Source: Batkoa obscura (Eukaryota). From it: a stretch of 64,000 bases of DNA. The stretch is from the NCBI GenBank assembly GCA_030770535.1, contig JASVEC010000015.1, positions 372,001 to 436,000 of the forward strand, written 5' to 3'. Each line of letters opens with the position of its first letter. The first letter of the stretch is position 1. Positions 25,501 to 39,178 of the stretch are shown here, piece by piece. The position numbers were made by a program, and so were the translations under genes. Below the pieces are notes generated by a model, which saw nothing but the letters and a program-made list of their open reading frames with translations, searched no databases and was not told the DNA's origin.

Positions 25501-25770
25501 AGATATTTTTTGTTTATATTTACAAGTTATTTTACTGTTACAGCTAATAAATTTTTCTAACTTTATCAATAAATTGTGCAAGCTTTTGGAAATTAAATAG
25601 TTAACTAAAAACTACCTATTTATTTCCATATTTAGTTTAAATTTAATTGTTTAAGCTGATCTTCTAAGAAACTGATTAAATCAAAAAAGCATTATTTAAA
25701 ACCTTTATAAAAGGCTCATATAGTTACAATCATTATAACTCTATTTCTCCAATACAATTTTACTCCATCA

Positions 25771-27296
25771 ATGCTATATTTGACTTTGTGTTTTGTTCTA
25801 TCGGCTTCTTTTATAGCCTATAAAGTTTATGAACTATTTAAAGTCCCAGAAGATTTAAAACATGTACCTCAAATTTCTTTTTTTAAGTTTATTTTGTCTT
25901 TTATTAAAGGGGAGCCATTTGATGTTCGTCATAAAAAATTAATTGAGCCGACAATAGGGGAAAAAGAATATGGAATTATTTGGCAGCAAGGGGCTTGGGA
26001 AATAATAGTATCAGATGTTACAAGTATTAAGTATATTTTCAACCATACTGATGTATTTTTAAAGAAAAAGGACAAAGATTTTACAGAAAACCAATTAAGG
26101 CGTAAATTTTTTGGTATTTCAAATGTAGTTTCAAATGACAAACAAGAGTGGAAGCGACATCGTCGTATTATTAATCCGGCGTTCAAGAAAACTTGGCCAG
26201 TAGAACTTTTTGGTGAATGTGCTAATGATCTTATTGATGTGATTCAAAAAAATGGCACCAAGCCAATAGTATTGAATGACCTTTTTTCACGTCTTACTTT
26301 GGATGCTTTAGGAAAAGGATTATTTAGTTTTCATTTTGAAGCAGTTAACAATAGCAGTAAAAGTGAAATGATAAATGCCTATAATGAAGTAACAAAAGAG
26401 ATATTCAATCCAATTTATTTCACTTTTCCAGTATTAGAATCTATTGTCCCATCACGCCAATACTACCATCATAAAAACGAAGAATTTCGCTCATTTTTAG
26501 CTGAGATTATTACCCTTCGTAAAAAGGAAATTGAAAATGGGAACTCTAAAGATGATCTTATTAGTTTACTACTTAAAAATATGAAGGAGTCTACTAAGGA
26601 AAGCTTAAGTAACAATGAAGTAATAAATAATTTAGCTACTTTCTTTTTAGCTGGTCATGATACTACAGCAAATACTCTTACTTCGACTGTATACTATTTG
26701 GCAAAATATCCAGAAATGCAACAAAAAGTTCGTAAGGAAATAGTTTGTGTTTTGGGCAATAGTGGAAATGCCATACCATCCCATGAACAACAAAAAAAGT
26801 TTACTTATCTAAATTGCTTTATTAAAGAGACAATGAGGATTATTACTACAGTTGGTATATTGAGACGGTATTGTGATCGTGATGAGATATTACCTAATAC
26901 TTTATTAGTTAAAGAGGGAACTTATCTCAATTGTTATCTTTGGGGAACACATCACAATTCAAAATACTTTCCAAACCCAGATAAATTTGATCCTGATCGT
27001 TTCTTAGATCCCTATGGCGAGCAATCTAACTCATGGATGCCATTTGGTGGTGGTTCAAGGTTATGTAATATTAATACTATTTAATTTTTTTAATTGATGT
27101 TAATAGTTTTTTAGGTGTTGGTATCAACTTTTCATTGATCGAACAAAGAATTGTACTTTCAATGTTATTGCAAAGGTATGAACTTAAATTAGGTCCGAAA
27201 TCAAAAGAATGGAAAACTCCACTGCTCACTACAGCTGGTTTTGTATATCCTAAAGATTTGGACATTCAATTTATAAAAATAGCTGAAGATATTTAA
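25771..27296 (+). CDS. Cytochrome P450, 2 exons
   Basis: N-terminal anchor, WKRHRR, AGHDTT, ETMR (ExxR), PDRF, FGGGSRLC. Intron 27065-27114 splits the heme Cys codon; exon 2 reads VGINFSLIEQR...AEDI*. Confidence 0.95.
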
Positions 27297-27691
27297 GATA
27301 ATAAAAACTATCCAAAATCATATCTTATCATTGATTCTTATACACTTAAATTATATTCTTCATACTTAGCTTTTTGTTTTTATAACTACTTAAATACTAA
27401 ATACAAAGTAAGATTATATAGCTGTTTAAGTTCAATGCGTAATCTGTAGTAATAAATTTTATAATAAGAATTTATTTATTACATCGATTTGAAGCCCAAT
27501 ACTTAAATTTTGATTTCTAAGTGTATAGTTGGCTAAAACCTATCGAGTTTAAACTAAAGAAAAAAACACTAAAGTTAAAAGATAAATTGAAACAAAATTA
27601 CAAAGAATAAAAAATAACAATAATGAAACATTGTAATTTACATAATTACATCTCATTTTAAAAGAAAGTCCCTTTTCACCATTTTGACCTT

Positions 27692-28228
27692 TCAATTTGT
27701 CTTTCCTGGAAAAAACAGTTGCTTGGCTACCTTTAGAAACCTTTCAAGATCAATATAATCTTTGCCATCCATGCCTGTGTCTTTATATACTATATTAATT
27801 TCGTCTATATCAACTTCAATGACATAACGCTGCATTAAATCTACCAGTTCATCAGCTACTATTTTACCATCCTTATCAGTATCATACAAATCAAATAATT
27901 CTCTCGCTTGTTCAAGCTGTATTTTTGAAGCAATCAATTGTTTAGCTATGTTTAAAAAGCCGTCAAAGTCAATAGTATCATTTCTTTCCATACCATTTTT
28001 TTTAAATCCTGATTTTATTACATCCATGCTGAGATCAGTCACGTAATATCGGATTAATGCTTTCAACTCTTCAACTGATATTTTGCCATCTCGATCAGTG
28101 TCATATAGATCAAATAAATCTTTTGCTTGTTCAAATTGTTTGCTATTAAGGCCATAGATCTAAATTAGAAGTTAGTTATTTGTCTTTATATTTGTCAATA
28201 AGCTTACTAATAAATTGTTGGATGTCAT
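27692..28228 (-). CDS. Calmodulin-like EF-hand protein (EF1 and EF3 canonical, EF2 and EF4 degenerate), 2 exons
   Basis: MTSNNLL|IYGLNSKQFEQAKDLFDLYDTDRDGKISVEEL...QLEQARELFDLYDTDKDGKIVADEL...FFPGKTN*. Confidence 0.88.
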
Positions 28229-28602
28229 AATAGAGAAATAAAGTCATTTTTCAATGATTTTATTTTTTAAACCCGGGGCTTGGGCTTGATGTTGTAAAAA
28301 TGACGTTAATTTTAATTAGTTTTGAGAGTACCTATGGGTTGGATTATTTGATATCAAATATATCATCTTCTAAAACTTTCTAGTTTTTTGCTAATCATTT
28401 TTCAGTTATGTAGAAGCCATACCAGTTGGTTAAATCATGTAGAAATTTAAATAAATCTACAGTTTACTTGTTTTTTTAGCCTTGAAATTTGAACTAACGA
28501 AAAAACAAAGTTTAAAAATTTGAAGGAAATAATAATTTAAACAAAGGCAAAATAACAATAATAATCGATACAGTTTCAATTTATTATAAGACACCTCCCA
28601 TT

Positions 28603-29118
28603 TTACTGCTGAAGTCCACAAAACTCTTCGTAAGTAATTTTACCATCGGTGTTTATATCTGCAGACTTAAGAATATTCTCAATATCTTGTTCTGTATGCG
28701 TAGGATCAATGATCATTAATGCTTTTTTAAGCTCTTCTTTAGTAATATAGCCATCTTTATCCTGATCAAACTGCTCAAAAGCTTTCTTATTCTTATCCTC
28801 TTCATTTTCCATTCCTGGGATAAACTTGTGGGCAGTTACCTTTAAAAACTCTTCAAAATCAATATTACCATTGCGATCGATGTCAGATTCTTCTAAGATA
28901 GAGTTAACATCGGAGCTGCTAGGGTTTTGGCCAAGCTGTTTTAAGATTGCTTCAATCTCTGAGGCTACTATCTTACCATCGTTATCTTTATCAAACATAG
29001 CAAACAATTCTCGTGCTTGTTCAATTTGTTCATTGTTAAGGCCGATTTTCTAAATTTTCGGTTAGTCCTTTGTTTTGGTATACTTCAACGGGCTTACTGC
29101 TGGATCTCTGGAAGTCAT
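28603..29118 (-). CDS. Calmodulin-like protein, four EF-hands, 2 exons
   Basis: MTSRDPA|KIGLNNEQIEQARELFAMFDKDNDGKIVASE...LGQNPS...DIDRNGNIDFEEF...DQDKDGYITKEE...DINTDGKITYEEF. Confidence 0.92.
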
Positions 29119-29576
29119 GACTGTTAATTAAATTTACAAAATGAGTTGTTTTCTTTTTAAGTTTAGATTTCTTATTATTAAAAAGTGACGTAGTTTTTCA
29201 ATTGGTTAGAAATAACCAATCAGAGCTGATATTACTGAAAACGATTGTGTTTTGCCCAAAATTGGGTCTCTATATTATAGAGTAAGATAGGAATTTTGAT
29301 GTTAGAATATAGCCAAAATTTATACAACATTTAATCTTTTATGCTAAAACCACAAAAACATAGTAACAATTACCCATTTTAATCCATCATTGTTCTTAAT
29401 AATAGGTACCAAAGATAGCATTTATTACAATAGATTGCCCACTTTATCTTGATTGATTTTTTCAGACTTAGAAAATTATCTTAATATGTTCAACCAATAA
29501 AATACAAATTTCGAAACACTAAAAAATCATCTAAAAAAGAAAACAATTATTGATCTTAATAAATTACTATTAGCAA

Positions 29577-30810
<1,234 letters not shown>

Positions 30811-31759
30811 ATTAAATTTTAAAGGATTTTAATAGTGGGAGTTTTTTGATGCTTAATCGTTATTAATGTGAACTATTAGATTACAAATAAAGAAAATTTA
30901 TACAGAATCATATTTATAATAATTAGGCTATAAAGTAACAAATATAAAGTATGATGGAGAATATATTATTTAAATTTCATATAAAAGGGTCAATAATTGG
31001 ACAGGATTAAAAAAATCATATTAATGGGATAGTAAATTTTGTATAAACCCTATAGATAAATAGGTGAGCAATTCATGAAGCACAATAATAATATAAGAAC
31101 TTACTATCACAAGTGAAGATTTAGGCAATTAAAGGTTTACTATGTTTAAAAAGTATTGATTTTTTAGAAATATGAAATCTAAATTTGAAAAACATGGTGA
31201 TAAGGAAAGACTGAAAGATGGGAGTTAATAATCTTGATACTAGAAGAATGAATCAGCTTACTGAATGAGATAAAATAGACACGTTAATTATTAAAATATG
31301 GGACTAAATCAAAAAATAAAACAAGTTAGTTAATGTATATAAAAGGCTTATGATTAACTTTACTTACCATTGAATTTTAAAATATTATAAAATTGGAATT
31401 TTATTATTGAGTTTAAAAGAATAACTAGTAAGGTCTATTTTCAAAGGTAAGGTAAGGTTAAAGGTATGACGAATCTAAATACAAACTAAATGAGTGAATA
31501 GACCAAAGGCAACAGAAAACTTACATGATAGGGAAAGACGGTAAAGAAGATGTTTAATGATGTAATGATAAGGTAATACAATGGCGGGACTATAGAATGA
31601 TAAGCAACTAAGAAACTCGAAAAACAATTACACTTACTTAATTAAAGAACTAAAAAAAGGTAAACTAACTCTAAAGACAAAATAAACTATAGTTATCTAT
31701 CATACAAAAAAATATGTAGACATCAATTATTTATTTGTCTCAAAGATAGCCTATTCTTT

Positions 31760-32551
31760 TTAATTCTTGTGTTTGCTGGACTTATTAAGACGTGCTCCGG
31801 ACTTAGTTTTTCCATTAGATTTAAGAGCTTTTTTACGATTAATCTTGGCCTTATCCTTAGTCCCAGAAGTGGCACGTGGGAGGGGTCTGGTAGAAGAAGA
31901 AGGTTCAATATCTGGTAAGTTGACAGAAAGGTGAGAATCTTCTCTCTTAGCATTAGTAGCAAACTCGCTAATTTCTCTTACTGGAATACTATTAATTTCA
32001 CGGCTATTACTAGTAGATTGAACCAATCTTTGTCTAAGTTCTTCATTGATCTGGCGTTCAGAGATAAGCTCGCGTTGACAAGCAGCCACTTCATTTTGGT
32101 TTTCTTCATGATCAGCTAAAACGCTTCTTAACTGATAAACCATGCCTTCAAGATGTTCAATCTTAGCTTGATCTGCTTTTACTTTATTCTGCATAGCTTC
32201 ATAAGTTTGTTGTAAAATACGGTGTTGAGTAGTTAATAACTCAATTTGCTGTTCAATATTGGTATTTTGATTGACTAAAGCTTCATTATGTTGCATTAAG
32301 TTATCGTTGGCAGTTTGCATCCAATTAAGATTTTTATTAGCTTCACGTACAGTTTGATCATGTTTGTTGTTCAGTAACATGATCTGTTCTTTAAGTCGAC
32401 GGTTTTGTTTGATTAACTCATCACGCTTAGCCTCGTTATCTTCAATACTGGCAATGGAAGCTAAAAGTTTATCAATAGTGTTGTCTTTAAGACCTAAAAA
32501 ATCAAAATATTTGGTTAAATATTCGACGCTGAACTTATAATCTTCATCCAT
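31760..32551 (-). CDS. Hypothetical coiled-coil protein with basic C-terminus
   Basis: 263-aa ORF with ATG; heptad-rich Q/E/N central region; K/R-rich tail; no recognisable family. Confidence 0.65.
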   Translation of the reverse strand: MDEDYKFSVEYLTKYFDFLGLKDNTIDKLLASIASIEDNEAKRDELIKQNRRLKEQIMLLNNKHDQTVREANKNLNWMQTANDNLMQHNEALVNQNTNIEQQIELLTTQHRILQQTYEAMQNKVKADQAKIEHLEGMVYQLRSVLADHEENQNEVAACQRELISERQINEELRQRLVQSTSNSREINSIPVREISEFATNAKREDSHLSVNLPDIEPSSSTRPLPRATSGTKDKAKINRKKALKSNGKTKSGARLNKSSKHKN

Positions 32552-33222
32552 CCTGAGAAAAAATGAATTGTTTCGGGGAAAAAAATGTAAAAATAGACTT
32601 TCTTAAAAGTTGCTAAGGTTGACTAAAATACTGAACAATCTTATATGCACCGTTTCTAGCTTGTTTCCTTACCCTAAAAAAGTCGAAAAAAATAGTTGTA
32701 TTATTAATTTACCCTTACCTTTAAGTCCCTATTTTTGGTTTTTAGAGCATTCGATGATTGGCTATACCTGAATCAAAGGAGTTATTTATCCAATTAAATT
32801 TCCTTCGACTTGGGTACTTTTTACTTGTAATAATAGGGTAAAAATGATATAGTATTGTAAATAAAGCTAGTTTTGTAAATAGAATCCTTATCAAATTGTG
32901 TAAATTAATAATTTTAAACTCAACCCCTTTACTATCGATCACGTTGAGCTATTATAATTCAAAGATTTCTTTACCATATGCATCAATTGTATAGTTTCTA
33001 GTTTTTTTAAAAATAAATAAGCACAGTTAATATAGATTATGTTATAATAAAATAACTTTATCCAAAAAATCATTATTTATATGCTTTAAAAAACTTATTT
33101 CTTTATCAACATAAATGTACGTTATTAACCTTTATAAACTTAATATGAATAAATATACTGAAATCTTGACATGATTGGGTTTAAATATTGAATGTTAATT
33201 GAAATCTATTATAATAGTATAT

Positions 33223-33322
33223 GAGGTTGTATTTTTTTGCTTGGGAGTTTTATTGATAGCTTTTCCACTCGAATAGTGCTTGAAAGATGGAAAAAGTAAT
33301 GAAACTAAAAAAACACCTTTAC
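33223..33322 (+). mobile_element. MITE copy
   Basis: ATAT|GAGGTTGTATTTTTTTG...TTTTCCACTCGAATAGTGCTTGAAAGATGGAAAAAGTAATGAAAC...|ATAT. Confidence 0.85.
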
Positions 33323-34151
33323 ATATTAAAATCTGACCATCCACCTTTATTTATTGAATATGCTAATCTGTCTGAATTTCCGCTACAAAATTCCAAACCA
33401 TTTGAAATACTTATACTTTTGTTAATAAACTATAAACTTTAACTACGATTACTATTTTATCGAAATTCCATTCATCTATGCGAATACTGCTTCGCTACAA
33501 TCCTACATGTAATTTTCATAATATGTACACCTAAATAAATTAAGAAATAAATACTACATCAAATGTTATAATGATTTGATATTTTGGAAAAAGATCACTT
33601 GCTTAATTTAGTATCTAAGGAAGTTATGCTGATGTTTTTTTACCAATTATTCATTTTTACTACTTTTATTGAAATTTAGAAATTAATTAGCTAATACAGC
33701 TATTTAAGCTTTGTATATGCGCTAGATAACTGTTCACTTAGGAAATTAATCATCGAGCTGCAAACCACCATAATAGTACAAATAATTAGTTATGAATTTG
33801 CTACTAATGAAGCGATACTTGGACTTAAACAATTGCATGGTTAGTTAATTTATAGATTTTTAAAAAAGTAGCAAAAGAAGGTAATTTGTAAAAGCATTGT
33901 TATATTTTATTTGAATTTACTTTATAACTTTGTAATTAATAGCTAAAAATTGAAATTAGTAAAATACCACATGGGTTATAAAATTAATGAATACTATACA
34001 AATGCTTTAAAAGTGGCGGGCTAATAGTATCAATAAGTCATTAATAATTGCTACCTAACAAGATAATAAATAACTATTAGATTATAGTTAAATTTCAAAT
34101 CATTAAAAAATCAATTTTAGCCCATTTTAGACTTTATTCTCTAGAACTCTT

Positions 34152-35165
34152 TTAAAGTAAAGTTACAATGTTCTTAACTAAATCTTGCATAAGCTTAGCC
34201 TTAGCTACTGAAGCAGCGAGCACTTCTTCATGAGTAGCATGAACTTCTTCAACTTGGTTCTCAGCTGGCTCAGCATAAGAAGGAGGTTCTCTACTTGTAA
34301 TAACGTTATTAGTAATAAGGGACAATCCTAAGATACGTAAGCCACAATGTTTGGCAACGATGACTTCGGGTACAGTGGACATCCCAACAGCATCAGCACC
34401 CAATAAAGTTAATAGTCTACCTTCAGCTCTAGTTTCGTAACTTGGTCCACTTACATTAGCATAGATACCTTCTTGCATTTTTAACTCTCCCAATTCTTTT
34501 GGAATTTGAGAAGCAGCTTTGAAAGCTATTCTACGAAGTTCAATATCATAAGCATCTGAAGTAGCTACAAACCTTGGTCCATAAGTATCAATGTTAGGTC
34601 CTACTAATGGATTATTACCAGCTAATCCAGCCATTGATAAATGATCAGCAATGACCATTACATCTCCTACATTGTAATCTTTGTTTAAACCACCAGCGGC
34701 GTTGGTAACTGTAAGTAAGGATGTAAAAAAAGGTGAAGTTTATAAAAAATATGAAAATTACCAATCAAAATTTTAATGCCTAAAGTAGCCATTACTCTGA
34801 TAGGGAAAGTGACATGATGTAATGGATGACCTTCATAAAAGTGAAAGCGACCAACCATACAAAGGGTTGGTACTCCTTGTAATTGACCAAATACTAATTG
34901 ACCGGCATGACCAGCAACTAATCCATTTTCAGAATCAATGAGTTAAAAATGAAAAACTTAAAAACTTACCAGTAGCTTTTGGAAAGTGAGGAATCTGAGA
35001 GTATGGAATGGAAACAGTGTTTGATAAAGTTTCAGCTAACCCACCAAGTCCAGAACCACATACGATACCGATTTTAAAGTCAGTTCCAGAAGTCAATTTA
35101 GATTTTATAAAGTTGGAGGCCTCTTCTATTTGGTTTAATAATTCTTTTGCTTCTATTATTGCCAT
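34152..35165 (-). CDS. PNP1: Purine nucleoside phosphorylase (inosine/guanosine type), 3 exons
   Basis: IGIVCGSGLGGL, YSQIPHFP, VAGHAGQL, GRFHFYEG, VTNAAGG, GPSYETRAE, GADAVGMSTVPE, HEEVL. Confidence 0.96.
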
Positions 35166-36023
35166 TTTGTCTTATATTTTAGTAAAAGTTATTGAACTGT
35201 ATTTCTATCTCTTATTTTATTATCAGTTTTTGAGTGTTGAGGTTATTACCTAACCAGATTTAAAATGGTTTTTATTGGTTAGATTCTAGATTTTGTTCTT
35301 AGAAAACAGAAATTTGGGATATGTAGTTTAACTATATTAGTATTTTTTAATTAGAATATGTTGGAGTCAAAGAAATAAACTATTATTAAAGTATAATAGA
35401 TTTCTAATAATCATATGTGTATTTTTATCTTATTTGTTATATCTATATAGCATCAAATAAATAAGATTAGTAGTTAATCTAAGAATGCCTTTATTGTTTC
35501 ATTCTTTTTCATTTTTTATGGCCATAAATTTAATTGTAGCTAAATGCTGAAACAATAATGAATTCTCAATTATTTTACTTAAAAAAGACTGTCAAATTTT
35601 CAACCAATAAAAAAATAAAAAGCAAAAAAATCTTTATTCAGATTAAATTTTATTTTTTATAGTCTAGAATAATAGTCAATTTTATTCTGCCAATTTAATT
35701 TAAAAATATTGTAATATATATCTCTGCGGTATACTTTCTAATGTACTATTAATTTAATGTAGAGCTTTTTAGACCTTTATATTGGAAACATAAGTGTAAC
35801 AGAAAGTGTTTTATAAAAACTATGGGCTAAGTTTAGTTCACAAAGGTCAAAGCAAACCATCTTAGTGCAAGAAAAATACTTTCAAAATATTTATGTTTTT
35901 AAGATATTATATACTACTAAAAAAAATTATTACTATGATTTTTGAAGAGCTAGTAATCCTTGATTTCTTTTCTAAAGATATGTTTATTTATCTAAAATTA
36001 AAAATAAATCACATCCAACATAT

Positions 36024-36120
36024 GATGATGTTTTTTTGGTCTCATCATTTTTTCCATTTTTTAAGCGCTATTGAGTGGAAATAACGTTAGTAAAAGCCTT
36101 AAGCAAAAAAATACATCCAC
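36024..36120 (-). mobile_element. MITE copy
   Basis: GATGATGTTTTTTTGGTCTCATC...AAGCGCTATTGAGTGGAAA...AAAATACATCCAC. Confidence 0.85.
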
Positions 36121-36479
36121 TATAGCATTTTATATCAAAAGTTTTTACAAAGATGAGTTGTTTGCTTTATACCTATGGTAGCCTCAATTAGTCATCGGTT
36201 TAAACATGCTTGATTAATAGAGTATATAATATCAACATGTCAAAATGCTTATCAAAGGATCAAGTGGACTCTAAGATTCAATGTGTTTAAAAAAATAAGG
36301 CATATCAGTAACACAAAGAAAAGGGATTAGACCCTTTATTAGCTCATTATTTATTGAAACTACAAAGTTGTATTTAAAAAACTGCTATTGACCTCATTTT
36401 AACTAATATAGATACATTAGCTACAGCGTCATATATCATAAATTGTGATTAAATTATTTGTTAAAGCTATTTATTAAAT

Positions 36480-36576
36480 GGGGATGTATTTTTTTGTTTA
36501 AGAATTTTACCAACATCTTTTCACTCAAATAGCGCTTAAAAAATGGAAAAATAACGAAACCAAAAAAAACATCCCC
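36480..36576 (+). mobile_element. MITE copy
   Basis: AAAT|GGGGATG...CATCCCC|AAAT (TSD AAAT). Confidence 0.92.
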
Positions 36577-36956
36577 AAATGGTAAATATTAATTGAACTT
36601 ATTTATTCTTTTAAATGATTCTTATTAATATGACGTTTCTAATACTATGACATTTTTATTGAAAGTTGTTTTTTGATATTTTGTTAGTGCTTTATGTTTA
36701 TTGTACCATTGTGGAGAAAATCCTAGAACGTAATCGAAGAAGTTTCGGACTAATCTTCCATTTCAATGAAGCCTGGTTCACCAGACAACCAAGTGATAAA
36801 GTTAAGGAACACCATCGGGCCTGTGGTATTCATAATAATAGTACAAATATTAGACTACTCGGACTGAAATCTGGTAGTTTATAAACAAATGTAATGATGT
36901 AACAAGGTATTACAGTAATAAACTAATATGTTGATGTAAAGTGTTAGTATAAAAAC

Positions 36957-37010
36957 AAGTTAAAAAAGTGTGCTTAAAAATAAGTTAAAAAAGTGTGCTT
37001 AAAAATAAGT
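36957..37010. repeat. Tandem duplication of a 25-bp unit
   Basis: AAGTTAAAAAAGTGTGCTTAAAAAT twice, followed by AAGT. Confidence 0.85.
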
Positions 37011-37807
37011 AACTTGATACGGAATAATTAGATATACTAACATGTCTATTCAGAATATAAATATAATAGTTAAGTATTAATAATTGAACGTGGATTGAAG
37101 TAAGAAAAATTAGCAATATTTTACTAACTTTAATAGTATTAGGATCAAGGGCGAAAGGAAACCAAAGGATGGATGAACAAAGACAACTAAACCACAACGA
37201 TGAAAAGAAACTAAATAAAACGATGTTAGTTAAATTATTCTAAAGTTTGATATATTGATTAGAGTAATTTATAAATGCTAATTTCTGGTGGATTTAGTCA
37301 AAATAAAGTTTGCATTGTATTCCTTAGATTTAAACTAATTTTAATCTTTATAATTTTAAATCCCTTGTTTTGAACTTGTTTGAATAATTTAGATAAAGTT
37401 GAATAGTATATCAAACAAAGTAAATTAAACAAAGTTGAGCATAATAGAATAAAATATTAACAGTTTAAATTTAGAAATGGAAATGGCTTTAGATATATTT
37501 TTAATGGTAACAACAATTTATATATTATAATAGTAATAACAATTACATAAAATTATTACTAATTGATAATAATTTTGATGTCAAAAATTTAGCTATTGAC
37601 ATATAGCTTATATAAAGTTATACTCGAAAAATTAAAAAAAAATCGACTATCATATTTTTGTTTATGATTTATATTTATTAATATTTTACAACATTATAAA
37701 TATATATAACCTAGTGCTTAACCAAACTATTATCTATAACTAAATAGTTGTTTTGAATTTAAAACCAGCAAAATAGAATTGCAAATAGCTGTGATTTAAA
37801 GTTAAAG

Positions 37808-39178
37808 TTAATTTTCATACCATGAGTAAACAGGGACAACTAAAGGTATCTGTTTCAAATGCTCAAATACCTTTTCAACATCCCTTTCATCAAAATAGAT
37901 ATCTAAAAAGAACAATAGAGGCTTTTCAAAGTGATGAGTTGCTGAGTTACTCAAATTGCCTAGTTTCACACAGCAAATATTAAGGTATACCATCTCACAA
38001 TTAGGAAATACTTTTAAAATATCAAGACAGTTAATAAGTTTAAAATCCGATTGCTCAAATATGACTTCTTTAACTGAATTACACATGACATCCTGCTTTA
38101 ATAACGGTATGCTATTAGCAATGTTATAATCCGATAAAATATCATCTAAATTGAAATCCACTTTAAGATATGTTAAACTTGTTATTTTTAGTTTCTTAAT
38201 ACTTAACTTTGGTAATATAGTTAAAAGGTAAGATTCAAATATCTCATTATCAGTTAATATCAATTGATTTAAATGTTCCATATTTAATAAATCATTTAAA
38301 TCAAAATCTTTACAAAAATATACATGTAGTACTTGAATCTGATTCTCTTTTAATTGACTATTATTTATCATATTATACTCATCTCCATTTTTGTTAAAGT
38401 GTTGTAACTTCTTTACATCTCCAAAATAAACCACTGGATCTAATCTGCCTAACCTTACTTCAATGTTAAGATGTTTGAGGGAACAAAAACTTTTAGTGTT
38501 TAAAAAAGATGGATTTACTTTATAATTATCTGACTTTACATGTAGCACTTCCAATACTTTAAATTGCTTCAATTCGTTTAAACCAGTTAAATTTAACTCA
38601 TCTGCATATATTTTGAGGACCTTTAGTTTATCTTTATTTAAATATCGAATTAAATCTCGCAATTTAATGCTTTCTATTGATATATCAAACAGTTCTAATC
38701 TCTCTAAAATGATTTCCCAGTTCCTTATTGATTCATCGATCCTCCAGTTACTTAGTAATTGACTATAATCACTTTTATAAAATTCAATTTCTATACTCTT
38801 GAGTCTTTTAAGTTCCAACAATTTTTTCATTACTGTTTGAAACATAACTGTTGGATCCTCTTCGTCTTCTACCCTTAAATCATGATCCACCCTTAGCGCT
38901 TTTATGTTTTTACACAAGCTAAAATATTCCAGTTGACTTGTTTTATAGATCCATAGATACTTTACCTTATCACCTTTATTTTGAATAAATTTCTTTTGTA
39001 AGTCTTGATAGTAATTATCTTCGTCTAAGCCATAGATAAAGTTACAATAGTTGGCTGTGATAACTTCCAATACTATACTATAAAGCCTTTTGCTTAAAAA
39101 TATCAAATCAAATAGATCCTTTGGTCTACAGTTCTTAAATACTTCTATTAATATAACATCTGGCAAATCAATCATCAT
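37808..39178 (-). CDS. F-box / degenerate LRR (RNI-like) protein
   Basis: MMIDLPDVILIEVFKNCRPKDLFDLIFLSKRLYSIV F-box-like N-terminus followed by LxxLxL units. Start placed at the M before LPD; the ORF track starts at 39223. Confidence 0.78.
   Translation of the reverse strand: MMIDLPDVILIEVFKNCRPKDLFDLIFLSKRLYSIVLEVITANYCNFIYGLDEDNYYQDLQKKFIQNKGDKVKYLWIYKTSQLEYFSLCKNIKALRVDHDLRVEDEEDPTVMFQTVMKKLLELKRLKSIEIEFYKSDYSQLLSNWRIDESIRNWEIILERLELFDISIESIKLRDLIRYLNKDKLKVLKIYADELNLTGLNELKQFKVLEVLHVKSDNYKVNPSFLNTKSFCSLKHLNIEVRLGRLDPVVYFGDVKKLQHFNKNGDEYNMINNSQLKENQIQVLHVYFCKDFDLNDLLNMEHLNQLILTDNEIFESYLLTILPKLSIKKLKITSLTYLKVDFNLDDILSDYNIANSIPLLKQDVMCNSVKEVIFEQSDFKLINCLDILKVFPNCEMVYLNICCVKLGNLSNSATHHFEKPLLFFLDIYFDERDVEKVFEHLKQIPLVVPVYSWYEN

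Noticed and set aside
27085..27296. P450 apparently truncated at 27084 in the ORF track
   Set aside because: A 50-bp GT-AG intron restores a complete C-terminus
36666..37240. Possible retroelement relic (IVEKIL chromodomain-like start, then TG-initiated LTR-like stretch)
   Set aside because: Chromodomain aromatic residues absent; no TSD, CA end or partner LTR identifiable
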